This document shows, one piece after another, positions 1 through 7,266 of a stretch of 24,000 bases of DNA. Made by a program: the position numbers and the translations under genes. Positions within the stretch are counted from its first letter, which is position 1, and every line of letters starts with the position of its first letter. Location of the stretch: positions 9,108 through 33,107 of the forward strand of contig JAWKVZ010000010.1 of NCBI GenBank assembly GCA_041397725.1, in the 5' to 3' direction. The stretch comes from Hyphomicrobiaceae bacterium. Its GTDB lineage: Bacteria > Pseudomonadota > Alphaproteobacteria > Rhizobiales > Hyphomicrobiaceae. The notes under the pieces were generated by a model. That model searched no databases. It saw nothing but the letters and a program-made list of their open reading frames with translations, and had not been told where the DNA came from.

Positions 1-534
1 GCAGCGCCGGTACCGCGTTGCTGGGGTCGAGAGCGGTGTATTGGCGATGCGGTTCAGAGACAACGAGACGCACCCCCGTAGCTTCCTTGGTCGCGGTCTC
101 GGCGCTGATGACAGCGGCGCGGTTGTCGGAGGCGAGCATATTGATGGTGTACTTGCGGCGCTGGCCGCCAGGATTGAGTTCGTAGACGATATGCCATTCA
201 GCAGCGCGCCCAAGGCCAGCGCATTAAACCGGCCGCGCCCTTCAAAGCCGTGCAGAGCACGCTTCTTTCGGCGGGTTAGGCCGCCCGGTTGCTTCCACGA
301 ACCACCGTAGCGCTTGAACTGCGCTAACGCGTCGACACGCGGCAGGCCGTCACCGTCGTCGGCTATGGTGATCGCGGTCAGTGTCTTCAACGGATCGCGG
401 GTGAGTGTCACTGTCACTAGATCGGCGTCAGCATCGAGGCTGTTCCAGATGAGCTCGGCGAGCGCGGCCAGTGGGCGCGCCTTGGTCAGCCGATCGATGA
501 TGTCCGGCTGTATCGACATGAAGGCGTTCGCCAT
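1..534 (-). pseudogene. GHKL (Bergerat-fold) ATPase-like protein, N-terminal part, running off the left edge; apparent 1-nt frameshift near 210-217
   Basis: Own translation of the minus strand. GGAGG at 546-550, then ATG at 534 (or 519), gives MANAFMSIQPDIIDRLTKARPLAALAELIWNSLDADADLVTVTL..ITIADDGDGLP..YGGSWK..LHGFEGRGRFNALAL. This matches the N-box (E..xNS.DA), G1 (DxGxG) and G2 (GxxGxG) motifs of GHKL ATPases. After that point, protein-like sequence with high GC3 continues only in another frame (GRAAEWHIVYELNPGGQRRKYTINMLASDNRAAVISAETATKEATGVRLVVSEP..). That frame has a TAA just upstream. The ORF is not in the supplied track because it has no stop inside the window. Confidence 0.5.
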
Positions 535-985
535 CGGCCATGGTCCCTCCACAATGGGCGGGTTCAGCGCAATCAGTGGCTCCGCCGGCCCGTTCGTTTC
601 AGACATACTTGAGGGAGCGCAACTTGCAAGTGTAACGGAACATAGGCTTCAGTTCACCGAGGATGGTGCGCAGAATGCACGACGGCAACCAACACCCGCG
701 AGGGCTGATAGGAAAGTTCCAACCCGAGCAGAGCCTGTTTGTGGAGCCGCATTCCAGGCACTTGCGGACGCTATGCCGTCGAACCCGGACATGGCTAAGC
801 GACCCTCCGCTGGCGTCATATCGGCGCTGGCCAATGTCTGCAAATGGGATCAAGCAACGAATGGTATTGGGGTTCCTTGTCAGTCTGCCGCAGAACTCCT
901 AAGATATGCGACAAAACGAAACCCCGCAGAAAGTCTCGTTTAATTCTGTCGCATTATTTTGGTGCATATATCAATGTGATTTCTC

Positions 986-1014
986 TTGCATTTCTTATTC
1001 AGATCTCCCATAAT
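986..1014 (+). promoter_or_regulatory. Sigma70-like promoter for the antitoxin-toxin-recombinase operon (TTGCAT-N17-CATAAT)
   Basis: TTGCAT at 986-991, a 17-nt spacer, then CATAAT at 1009-1014. It lies in a patch of about 31% G+C (my count over 941-1036), 22 nt upstream of the AAGGAGG RBS and ATG at 1037. Short palindromes AGATCT (1001-1006) and AATATT (1012-1017) overlap it. Confidence 0.55.
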
Positions 1015-1036
1015 ATTCGTATAAGGAGGATTATTC

Positions 1037-1309
1037 ATGGAGACACGTATTTCATCTGTGGAATTCGCTCGCAAGGTCGGGCAGTTCGCCGACAAGGCCC
1101 TCGCCGACCCCGTTCACATCACCAAGCACGGACGCGAGCATCTCGTTCTCATGTCGGCGGACGAGTACGCCCGCCTCAAGCAATCGGATCGCCGCGCCTA
1201 CTTCGCCCACGAGCTGCCGCCTGAGATCCTCGAAGCCCTCAGTCGCACCGACGATATCGCCCCCGAATCCCGCGCTCTCAACCACGAGGCGAAAGACTGG
1301 GATCTGTGA
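1037..1309 (+). CDS. Type II antitoxin, Phd/YefM family
   Basis: 90 aa with a strong AAGGAGG RBS. The N-terminus METRISSVEFARKVGQFADKALADPVHITKHGREHLVLMSADEYARLK is the typical Phd/YefM fold signature. Its stop overlaps the next start by 4 nt (GTGA). Confidence 0.85.
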   Translation: METRISSVEFARKVGQFADKALADPVHITKHGREHLVLMSADEYARLKQSDRRAYFAHELPPEILEALSRTDDIAPESRALNHEAKDWDL

Positions 1310-1743
1310 GCCTGCCCACACCCGTTGCCGGCCTCGTCATCAACTACAGCTACCTCTGGCGCCACGAGCACCTGCGGGGTTTCGATGAAGGATCCAAAAA
1401 TCGGCCCGCCGCCGTCGTCCTTGTTCTCGTCAAGGGGCTGCAGCTCCATGTCACCGTTCTTGGCATAACGCACACGCCACCCCGCGACCCAGCCGACGCC
1501 GTCTCCCTTCCCCCTTCGGCCAAAAAATCTCTCGGGCTCGATGATCAACCCTCGTGGATCGTCACGACGGAAGCCAACACCTTCACCTGGCCGGGTCATG
1601 ACCTTCGCCCCCGAAACCCCGGCGATCTTGCAAGCGTCGCTCTGGGCTATCTGCCCGAAGAGGTCATGATCAAGCTGCGGCACCGGGTCGCCCGCCACGC
1701 CGCTCTCGGCCAAATGCGCGTTATCCGCCGGACCGAGGGCTAG
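1306..1743 (+). CDS. PemK/MazF-like toxin (putative growth inhibitor) of a type II TA pair
   Basis: 145 aa, GTG start overlapping the antitoxin stop. The segments GLVINYSYLWRHEHLRGFDEGSKNRPAAVVLVL and VTVLGITHTPP resemble the MazF/PemK SH3-like barrel pattern (G-x-[IV]..., K-x-RP-A-x-V-[VL], ..[IV]T). Family assignment is from motif memory, not a search. Confidence 0.6.
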   Translation: MSLPTPVAGLVINYSYLWRHEHLRGFDEGSKNRPAAVVLVLVKGLQLHVTVLGITHTPPRDPADAVSLPPSAKKSLGLDDQPSWIVTTEANTFTWPGHDLRPRNPGDLASVALGYLPEEVMIKLRHRVARHAALGQMRVIRRTEG

Positions 1744-1748
1744 GTGCG

Positions 1749-2303
1749 ATGCGCATCGGCTACGCCCGCGTCTCCACCCTGGCCCAGAACCTGGACCGAC
1801 AGATCGCGGCCCTCAATGCCGAGCGCTGTGACCGCGTCCACCAGGAGAAGGCCTCGGGCAAGGCCACCCACAACCGCCCCGAGCTGGATGCGGCCATCTC
1901 CGCCCTCGCCCCAGGTGACGTGCTGGTGATCGCCGAATGGGACCGCGCCACGAGGTCCATGATGGACGGCATCACGATCATCGAACGCATCGCCCGCATG
2001 GGGGCCACCGTGAAGGTGCTCGACAAGCCCTGGCTCGATCTGACAACGCCCATCGGCAAGGGGTTCCTCGCCTTCCTCTCAGCCTTGGCCGAAGACGAAC
2101 GCCTGCGCATCCTAAGCCGTGCATCCGAAGGCCGCTCCGCCGCTCGCATCCGTGGCGTCCGCTTCGGACCGAAGCCGAAGCTCAACCCCGAGCAACGCGA
2201 GCGTGCCCTCGCCCGCCTTGCCGCCGGCGAGACCTGTCGTGCCATCGCTGCGGATTTCAGGGTTCATCACGCCACAATCGCGCGACTCGTTCCCCGATCC
2301 TGA
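1749..2303 (+). CDS. Small serine recombinase, resolvase/invertase (Hin/Gin/Tn3-resolvase) family, with C-terminal HTH
   Basis: 184 aa. MRIGYARVSTLAQNLDRQ contains the catalytic Ser motif. Also present are VLVIAEWDRATRS, LSALAEDERLRILSR, and a C-terminal GETCRAIAADFRVHHATIARL helix-turn-helix. It starts 5 nt after the toxin stop. Confidence 0.92.
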   Translation: MRIGYARVSTLAQNLDRQIAALNAERCDRVHQEKASGKATHNRPELDAAISALAPGDVLVIAEWDRATRSMMDGITIIERIARMGATVKVLDKPWLDLTTPIGKGFLAFLSALAEDERLRILSRASEGRSAARIRGVRFGPKPKLNPEQRERALARLAAGETCRAIAADFRVHHATIARLVPRS

Positions 2304-2413
2304 TTTATCCGGAGCCGTCACGAGCCCGCATCAACCCGCAGCTTCAGACGTATATCTGAGAGATATGGCGCCTCTGGTGGCTCCTGGCAGACCTCTTAAC
2401 ATTTTGATTTTAT

Positions 2414-2490
2414 TGGTGACCCCGACAGGATTCGAACCTGTGACCCTCAGATTAGGAATCTGATGCTCTATCCTGCTGAGCTACGGGGCC
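2414..2490 (-). tRNA. tRNA-Arg (anticodon CCT)
   Basis: The minus strand reads GGCCCCGTAGCTCAGCAGGATAGAGCATCAGATTCCTAATCTGAGGGTCACAGGTTCGAATCCTGTCGGGGTCACCA. It has a 7-bp acceptor stem, D arm GCTC/GAGC, and anticodon stem TCAGA/TCTGA with loop TTCCTAA (anticodon CCT). The T arm is ACAGG-TTCGAAT-CCTGT and the CCA is encoded. Confidence 0.95.
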
Positions 2491-2501
2491 GATGCCAGGG
2501 C

Positions 2502-2529
2502 ATTATCGAGGGCGGGGCAGGTACGTCAA
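2502..2529 (-). promoter_or_regulatory. Sigma70-like promoter of the tRNA-Arg gene (TTGACG-N16-GATAAT)
   Basis: On the minus strand: TTGACG (2529-2524), a 16-nt spacer, GATAAT (2507-2502), then about 11 nt to the tRNA 5' end at 2490. Confidence 0.6.
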
Positions 2530-2642
2530 GCGCGTGGACGTATTTTGGAGCGGCGCGATGGGGCGCGGTCCCCGCCGCCAGACGCCCCGCCAGCATCATC
2601 GATTGACGCCGATCAACGCTCGAGGGGCCATTTCCGGGTCTC

Positions 2643-2978
2643 ATGGCACGGCAACCGCAGGAAGGATCGCCGGTCCCCATGCTCACGCTCGAGGATTGCC
2701 TGGCCTTCTGCGGACTGACCGAGGCGGAGGTGCAGGCGATCGCCGAGCACGAACACATTCCCGAGGTCGCCGCAGCCGGACTTGCACAGTATCTCTTGAG
2801 CTCTCCCGACGGAGGGAGGCGCATCCGCGACATGATCCTCGATGACATCGTGCTGGCGCGACAGGCCCATCAGCAGGCGCACGCCCGCGAACTCGTCATG
2901 GTGCTCAGGCACTTCCTGGAAACGCATCCCGAGGCGCGAGGCGGCCCCCTCGAGCGCGCTACGACGCCGCCCCAGTGA
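2643..2978 (+). CDS. Small conserved hypothetical protein, translationally coupled to phaC
   Basis: 111-aa ORF. The more likely start is ATG 2679 (MLTLEDCLAFCGLTEAEVQAIAEHEHIPEVAAA...), preceded by AGGAAGGA. It has high GC3 and a helical, non-repetitive sequence. Its TGA (2976-2978) overlaps the GTG at 2975 of the next ORF. I cannot name a domain. Confidence 0.6.
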   Translation: MARQPQEGSPVPMLTLEDCLAFCGLTEAEVQAIAEHEHIPEVAAAGLAQYLLSSPDGGRRIRDMILDDIVLARQAHQQAHARELVMVLRHFLETHPEARGGPLERATTPPQ

Positions 2979-4864
2979 GCACGACAGTGAGCATGCCATC
3001 GCCCGCCAGCAGGCCCGCCAATGAGCCGGTCCCGACACTCGAGCCCGCCGAGCCCGCCTCCCCGGAGCCGGTCGGCGGCGTGCCGGCGGAGCACGCGGGA
3101 TCGCGGACGCCGCTCGACGGCTTCGCCCGCACCGCTCACACCGCCTACGAGCCGCAATTCGACTACCTCGACCGCTTCCTCAGGGCCACCTCGGCGCGTC
3201 TGACGCTCGGCCTGTCACCACACGCCGTCGCCGCCGCGTGGTTCGACTGGGCGCTGCACCTCGGCCTTTCACCGGGACGCCAGCTCGATCTGATGCTGGC
3301 GGCGCTGTCGTATCAAGCGCGCCTCGCCGCCTTCGCGACGACGTGTGCGGGCGGGCGGCATGAGGAGCCGCCGTTCAGCCCGCGGCCCGGCGATCACCGT
3401 TTCGATGCCCGGCAATGGCATGCGCCGCCGGCGTGCCTGTGGGCGCAAGCGTACCTGGCCGCGGAGGACTGGTGGTCGCTTGCGGTCTCGCCCCTGCGCG
3501 GCGTCTCGCCGAAGCATGCCGAGCGCGTCGCCTTCATGACGAGCCAGCTTCTCGACGTGCTCTCGCCGTCCAACAGCGCGCTCACCAACCCCGTGATCGC
3601 CGAGAAGCTTATGACGAGTGGTGGACGCGCGCTGGTGCAAGGCTTCGCCAACCTGATGGAGGACCTCGAGCACGAGCTCACAGGCCAGCCGCCACGCAGC
3701 TCCGATCGCTTCACCGTCGGCCGCGACCTCGCGGCGACGCCGGGAACGGTGGTCTATCGCGACCATCTGTTCGAGCTCATCCAGTACCGCGCCACGACGC
3801 CCGACGTGCACGCAGAGCCGCTGCTGATCGTGCCGGCCTGGATCATGAAATACTACATCCTCGACCTCAGACCCGAAAACTCGCTGGTCCGCCACCTGCT
3901 CGACCAGGGCCACACCGTCTTCATGATCTCCTGGCGGAACCCCGGGCCGGAGGATCGCGACATCGCCTTCGACGACTACCGTCGCGCCGTGATGACCGCC
4001 ATCCGTGCCATCGAAAGCGCAGCACCGGGCCTCGCCCTGCATCTGGCGGGCTACTGCCTCGGCGGCACCATCGCCGCCATCACCGCCGCCACGATGGCAC
4101 GCGACGGCGATACGCGGCTCGCCTCGCTGACGCTGCTGGCGGCACAGACGGATTTCAGCGAGGCCGGCGACCTGATGCTGTTCGTCGACGACAGCCAGAT
4201 CGCCTACCTCGAGGACATGATGTGGGCGCAGGGCGTGCTGCGCGGCCGCCAGATGTCCGGCGCCTTCCAGATGCTGCGCTCCAACGAGCTCGTCTGGTCG
4301 CGTCTCATCCAGGAGTACGTCCTCGGAGAGCGAAGCGACGTCTTCGACATCCAGGCCTGGAGCGAGGATCTCACGCGCATGCCCTACAAGATGCATTCGC
4401 AATACCTGCGTGGGTTGTTCCTCGAAAACCGGCTGACCGCCGGACGCTTTTCCGTCGAGGGCCGCGTCGTCGCGCTCAAGGACATCGAGGCGCCGATGTT
4501 CGTCGTCGGCACCGAGCGGGACCACATCGCACCCTGGCGCTCGGTCTACAAGGCGCACCTCTTCACCGACAACGAAATGACCTTCGTGCTGACCAACGCC
4601 GGCCACAACGCCGGCATCGTCTCCGAGCCCGGGCACCCGCACCGCCACTACCGGATGTCGCTGCGCAAGCCGCTCGACCTCTATCGCGATCCCGACACCT
4701 GGGCTGCTGAAACGCCACCTCGCGACGGCTCCTGGTGGCCCGCGTGGACGGCGTGGCTCGCGGCACGGAGCTCGTCGCGCGTCGAGGCGCGCTGCGACCG
4801 CCGGGCCGCCGGCCTGCTGCACCCACTCGGCCCGGCGCCCGGCAGCTACGTGCTGATCCGCTGA
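2975..4864 (+). CDS. phaC: Poly(3-hydroxyalkanoate) synthase, class I
   Basis: 629 aa with the lipase-box GYCLGG (G-x-C-x-G). Also LLIVPAWIMKYYILDL, TVFMISWRNPG and FSEAGDLMLFVDDSQIAYLED are characteristic of class I PhaC. The start could be GTG 2975 or ATG 2993. Confidence 0.93.
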   Translation: MSTTVSMPSPASRPANEPVPTLEPAEPASPEPVGGVPAEHAGSRTPLDGFARTAHTAYEPQFDYLDRFLRATSARLTLGLSPHAVAAAWFDWALHLGLSPGRQLDLMLAALSYQARLAAFATTCAGGRHEEPPFSPRPGDHRFDARQWHAPPACLWAQAYLAAEDWWSLAVSPLRGVSPKHAERVAFMTSQLLDVLSPSNSALTNPVIAEKLMTSGGRALVQGFANLMEDLEHELTGQPPRSSDRFTVGRDLAATPGTVVYRDHLFELIQYRATTPDVHAEPLLIVPAWIMKYYILDLRPENSLVRHLLDQGHTVFMISWRNPGPEDRDIAFDDYRRAVMTAIRAIESAAPGLALHLAGYCLGGTIAAITAATMARDGDTRLASLTLLAAQTDFSEAGDLMLFVDDSQIAYLEDMMWAQGVLRGRQMSGAFQMLRSNELVWSRLIQEYVLGERSDVFDIQAWSEDLTRMPYKMHSQYLRGLFLENRLTAGRFSVEGRVVALKDIEAPMFVVGTERDHIAPWRSVYKAHLFTDNEMTFVLTNAGHNAGIVSEPGHPHRHYRMSLRKPLDLYRDPDTWAAETPPRDGSWWPAWTAWLAARSSSRVEARCDRRAAGLLHPLGPAPGSYVLIR

Positions 4865-5000
4865 CCCTGGGGGCGCAGCGGCCATGGCAGGGCGGTCGCC
4901 GCCATCTTGACCTCGGTCAAGCCGCAGCTCCGGCGGCAATGCGAGTCTTGCCGCGAGGCAGGCCGTCAGGCCTGCCGCCAACGATGGAGACGTCGCACCC

Positions 5001-5984
5001 GTGTCCGCCAAGCCGCGCAAGAGCCGAGCCATTCTGGTCACCGGCGCCTTCGGCCAGATCGGCTCCGAGCTGGTCCCTGCCCTGCGCAGCCACTACGGCA
5101 GTGATCGCGTGATCGCCTCCGACCTGCGCATGGCATCCGCGATGGGGTCTGCCGCCGGTCCCCACGCCCACCTCGACTGCACCGAGCCGCACCAATTGTT
5201 GGAGATCGTCCGCCGTCACGACGTCGGCGTCATCTATCATCTGGCGGCCATGCTCTCGGCAACGGCTGAGGCCAAGCCGCAGGTCGCCTGGACGCTCAAC
5301 ATGGGCGGGCTCTACAATGTGCTGGAGGTCGCGCGCCAGTACGGCTGCCAGGTGTTCTTTCCGAGCTCCATCGGCGCTTTCGGGCCTTCGACGCCCCACG
5401 ACCGCACGCCGCAGGTGACGGTGCAGCGACCGACCACGATGTACGGCGTCACCAAGGTTGCCGGCGAGCTGCTCTCGGACTACTACGCGAGCCGCTTCGG
5501 CGTCGACACGCGCGGGCTCAGGCTGCCGGGCCTCATCTCGCATTCCGCCCCGCCAGGCGGCGGCACCACGGACTATGCCGTCGACATTTTCCATCAGGCG
5601 GTGCGCTACGCGCACTTCACCTGCTTCCTCGCGGCTGATACGCGGCTCGACATGATGTACATGCCCGATGCCGTCGAGGCGATGATCGGCGTCATGGAGG
5701 CCGACCCCGCGCGCCTTCGCCATCGCAACGCCTACAACATCACGGCCATGAGCGTGACGCCCGCCGAGATCGCCGCCGCCATCGCCCGGCACATCCCCGC
5801 CTTCGCCATAGACTACGACATCGATCCGGTCCGCCAGGCCATCGCCGACAGTTGGCCGCGCTCCCTCGACGACAGCGCCGCCCGCCAGGACTGGGGCTGG
5901 GCGCCGCGCTACGATCTCGAGGCGATGACGCGGGACATGCTGGCGCGCGTGCGGGCGCGGCTGGCGCCGGGCAGAGGGGCCTGA
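5001..5984 (+). CDS. tdh: L-threonine 3-dehydrogenase, NAD-dependent epimerase/SDR-type
   Basis: 327 aa. Rossmann motif ILVTGAFGQIGSEL, catalytic YGVTKVAGELL (YxxxK), and PGGGTTDYAVDIF typical of the short-chain TDH family. It is followed 20 nt later by kbl. GTG start with GGAGA upstream. Confidence 0.85.
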   Translation: MSAKPRKSRAILVTGAFGQIGSELVPALRSHYGSDRVIASDLRMASAMGSAAGPHAHLDCTEPHQLLEIVRRHDVGVIYHLAAMLSATAEAKPQVAWTLNMGGLYNVLEVARQYGCQVFFPSSIGAFGPSTPHDRTPQVTVQRPTTMYGVTKVAGELLSDYYASRFGVDTRGLRLPGLISHSAPPGGGTTDYAVDIFHQAVRYAHFTCFLAADTRLDMMYMPDAVEAMIGVMEADPARLRHRNAYNITAMSVTPAEIAAAIARHIPAFAIDYDIDPVRQAIADSWPRSLDDSAARQDWGWAPRYDLEAMTRDMLARVRARLAPGRGA

Positions 5985-6004
5985 CGCAACAGGGAGCGGT
6001 GCAC

Positions 6005-7231
6005 ATGCCGACGACGAGACTGACGGGCTGGCTCGAACACCGCCTCGGCGAGCTCGAGGCATCCGGCCGCAGCAAAGGCGCGGAAGCCGTATTCTCCGGC
6101 GTCGTTCCGGCGGGCGGCGGCCGCGGGCCGCGCTACCGTCTCGAAGGGCACGGCGACAGGCCGTTCCTGCGGATGAACTCGAACGGCTATCTCGGGCTTG
6201 CGCTCGCCACTGCCGTGCGGGACGCGGAGGACGCAGCCGTGCGCCGCTTCGGCTCCGGCCCCGGCGCCGTCCGCTTCATCAGTGGCACCTGGTCGCCCCA
6301 TGTCGCACTCGAGCAGCGCCTCGCACGCTTCCACGGGCGCGCAGCCGGCATGCTGTTCAGCTCGGCCTACGCCACGGTGATGGGCAGCCTGCCGCCGCTG
6401 GTCAGCGAGCGCACGGCGATCATCAGCGACGCCCTCAATCACAACTGCATCATCAACGCGACGGCGCTATCGCGCCCGCGCCGCAAGCTCATCTACCGCC
6501 ATCTCGACCTCGACGAGCTCGACCGCCACCTCGACGCGGCAGCGGCGGATTGCGAGCGGGCCATCGTCGTGACGGACGGCGTCTTCAGCATGCGCGGCGA
6601 TCACGCGCCGCTCGACCGCATCATGGAAATCGTCGAGAGACACGACCCGCGCTTTCGCGAGAACATCATCGTGGTCGTCGATGATTCCCACGGCGTGGGG
6701 GCCTTCGGCGCCACCGGGCGCGGCAGCGAGGAAGTGTGCGGCGGTCGGCCCGTCGACATCCTGATCGGCACGCTCGGCAAGGCGTTCGGCGTCAATGGCG
6801 GCTATCTCGTCGCCTCGGCCGAGATCGTTCGCTACCTGCGCGAGACTTCGCCGTTCTACATCTACTCGAACCCCATCACACCGGCCGAGGCAGCGGCGGC
6901 CGAGGCGGCCGTCGCCATCGTCGACAGCGCCGAGGGTGTCGGGCTGCTCGCCCATCTCGGCGCCATGACACGGCGCTTTCGCGACGGGCTCACGCAGCTC
7001 GGCATCGAGACGCTCGACGGGCGGCATCCGGTCGTGCCGGCGATGGTGCGTGACACGCAACGCACGTCGCGGCTCGTCGCGCATCTCAAGCAGAACGGCA
7101 TTCTGGCGACAGGTCTCAACTATCCGGTCGTCCCGAGGGGCGATGAGGAAATCCGCTTCCAGATCTCGGCCGACCACACCCCCGGGGACATCGACGAGGC
7201 GCTGGCGGTTCTCGCGCGCTTCACAGACTGA
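6005..7231 (+). CDS. kbl: 2-amino-3-ketobutyrate CoA ligase (glycine C-acetyltransferase), PLP-dependent
   Basis: Start chosen at ATG 6005 (GGGAG RBS); the track ORF from 5852 overlaps tdh. Motifs: SSAYATVMG, DALNHNCIIN, VVDDSHGVG, and the PLP lysine in GTLGKAFG. It belongs to the alpha-oxoamine synthase family and sits next to tdh. Confidence 0.88.
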   Translation: MPTTRLTGWLEHRLGELEASGRSKGAEAVFSGVVPAGGGRGPRYRLEGHGDRPFLRMNSNGYLGLALATAVRDAEDAAVRRFGSGPGAVRFISGTWSPHVALEQRLARFHGRAAGMLFSSAYATVMGSLPPLVSERTAIISDALNHNCIINATALSRPRRKLIYRHLDLDELDRHLDAAAADCERAIVVTDGVFSMRGDHAPLDRIMEIVERHDPRFRENIIVVVDDSHGVGAFGATGRGSEEVCGGRPVDILIGTLGKAFGVNGGYLVASAEIVRYLRETSPFYIYSNPITPAEAAAAEAAVAIVDSAEGVGLLAHLGAMTRRFRDGLTQLGIETLDGRHPVVPAMVRDTQRTSRLVAHLKQNGILATGLNYPVVPRGDEEIRFQISADHTPGDIDEALAVLARFTD

Positions 7232-7266
7232 GCCGCGACGGGGTCACGGGGAGAGGGAAGCGCGTC

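Noticed and set aside
41-943. Plus-strand ORFs 41-310 (89 aa) and 314-943 (209 aa)
   Set aside because: Over 1-534 they are antisense to the GHKL ATPase reading frames. The remainder (535-943) has no RBS or start and a poor sequence. I kept only a note about the unassigned 545-985 region.
1749-2303. Hin/Gin-type invertible segment with hix/gix-like sites (AAACC..GGTTT) flanking the recombinase
   Set aside because: No such paired inverted sites are visible within 1-2413. There are only 5 nt between the toxin gene and the recombinase start, which leaves no room for an upstream crossover site.
1-2413. Direct repeat of the tRNA-Arg 3' end (att site) inside the window
   Set aside because: I scanned by eye for ggattcgaacc/tggtgaccccgac-like strings left of the tRNA and found none. 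The closest, gtcgaacccgg near 770, is too short. The islet boundary cannot be set from this window.
3269-5041. 590-aa minus-strand ORF antisense to phaC, plus the 431-aa out-of-frame ORF at 3415-4710
   Set aside because: The translations are Arg/Ala/Gly/Pro-rich with no motifs. They fully overlap a confidently identified phaC, which is the classic shadow-ORF pattern in high-GC DNA.
5852-6004. 5' extensions proposed by the ORF track (kbl from 5852; likewise gap from 15818, the TPP enzyme from 17228, grxC to 22609, yebC to 12385, ygfA to 14150, the membrane ORF from 10627)
   Set aside because: The extensions overlap upstream genes or lack RBSs. Internal starts with Shine-Dalgarno sequences reproduce canonical family N-termini.
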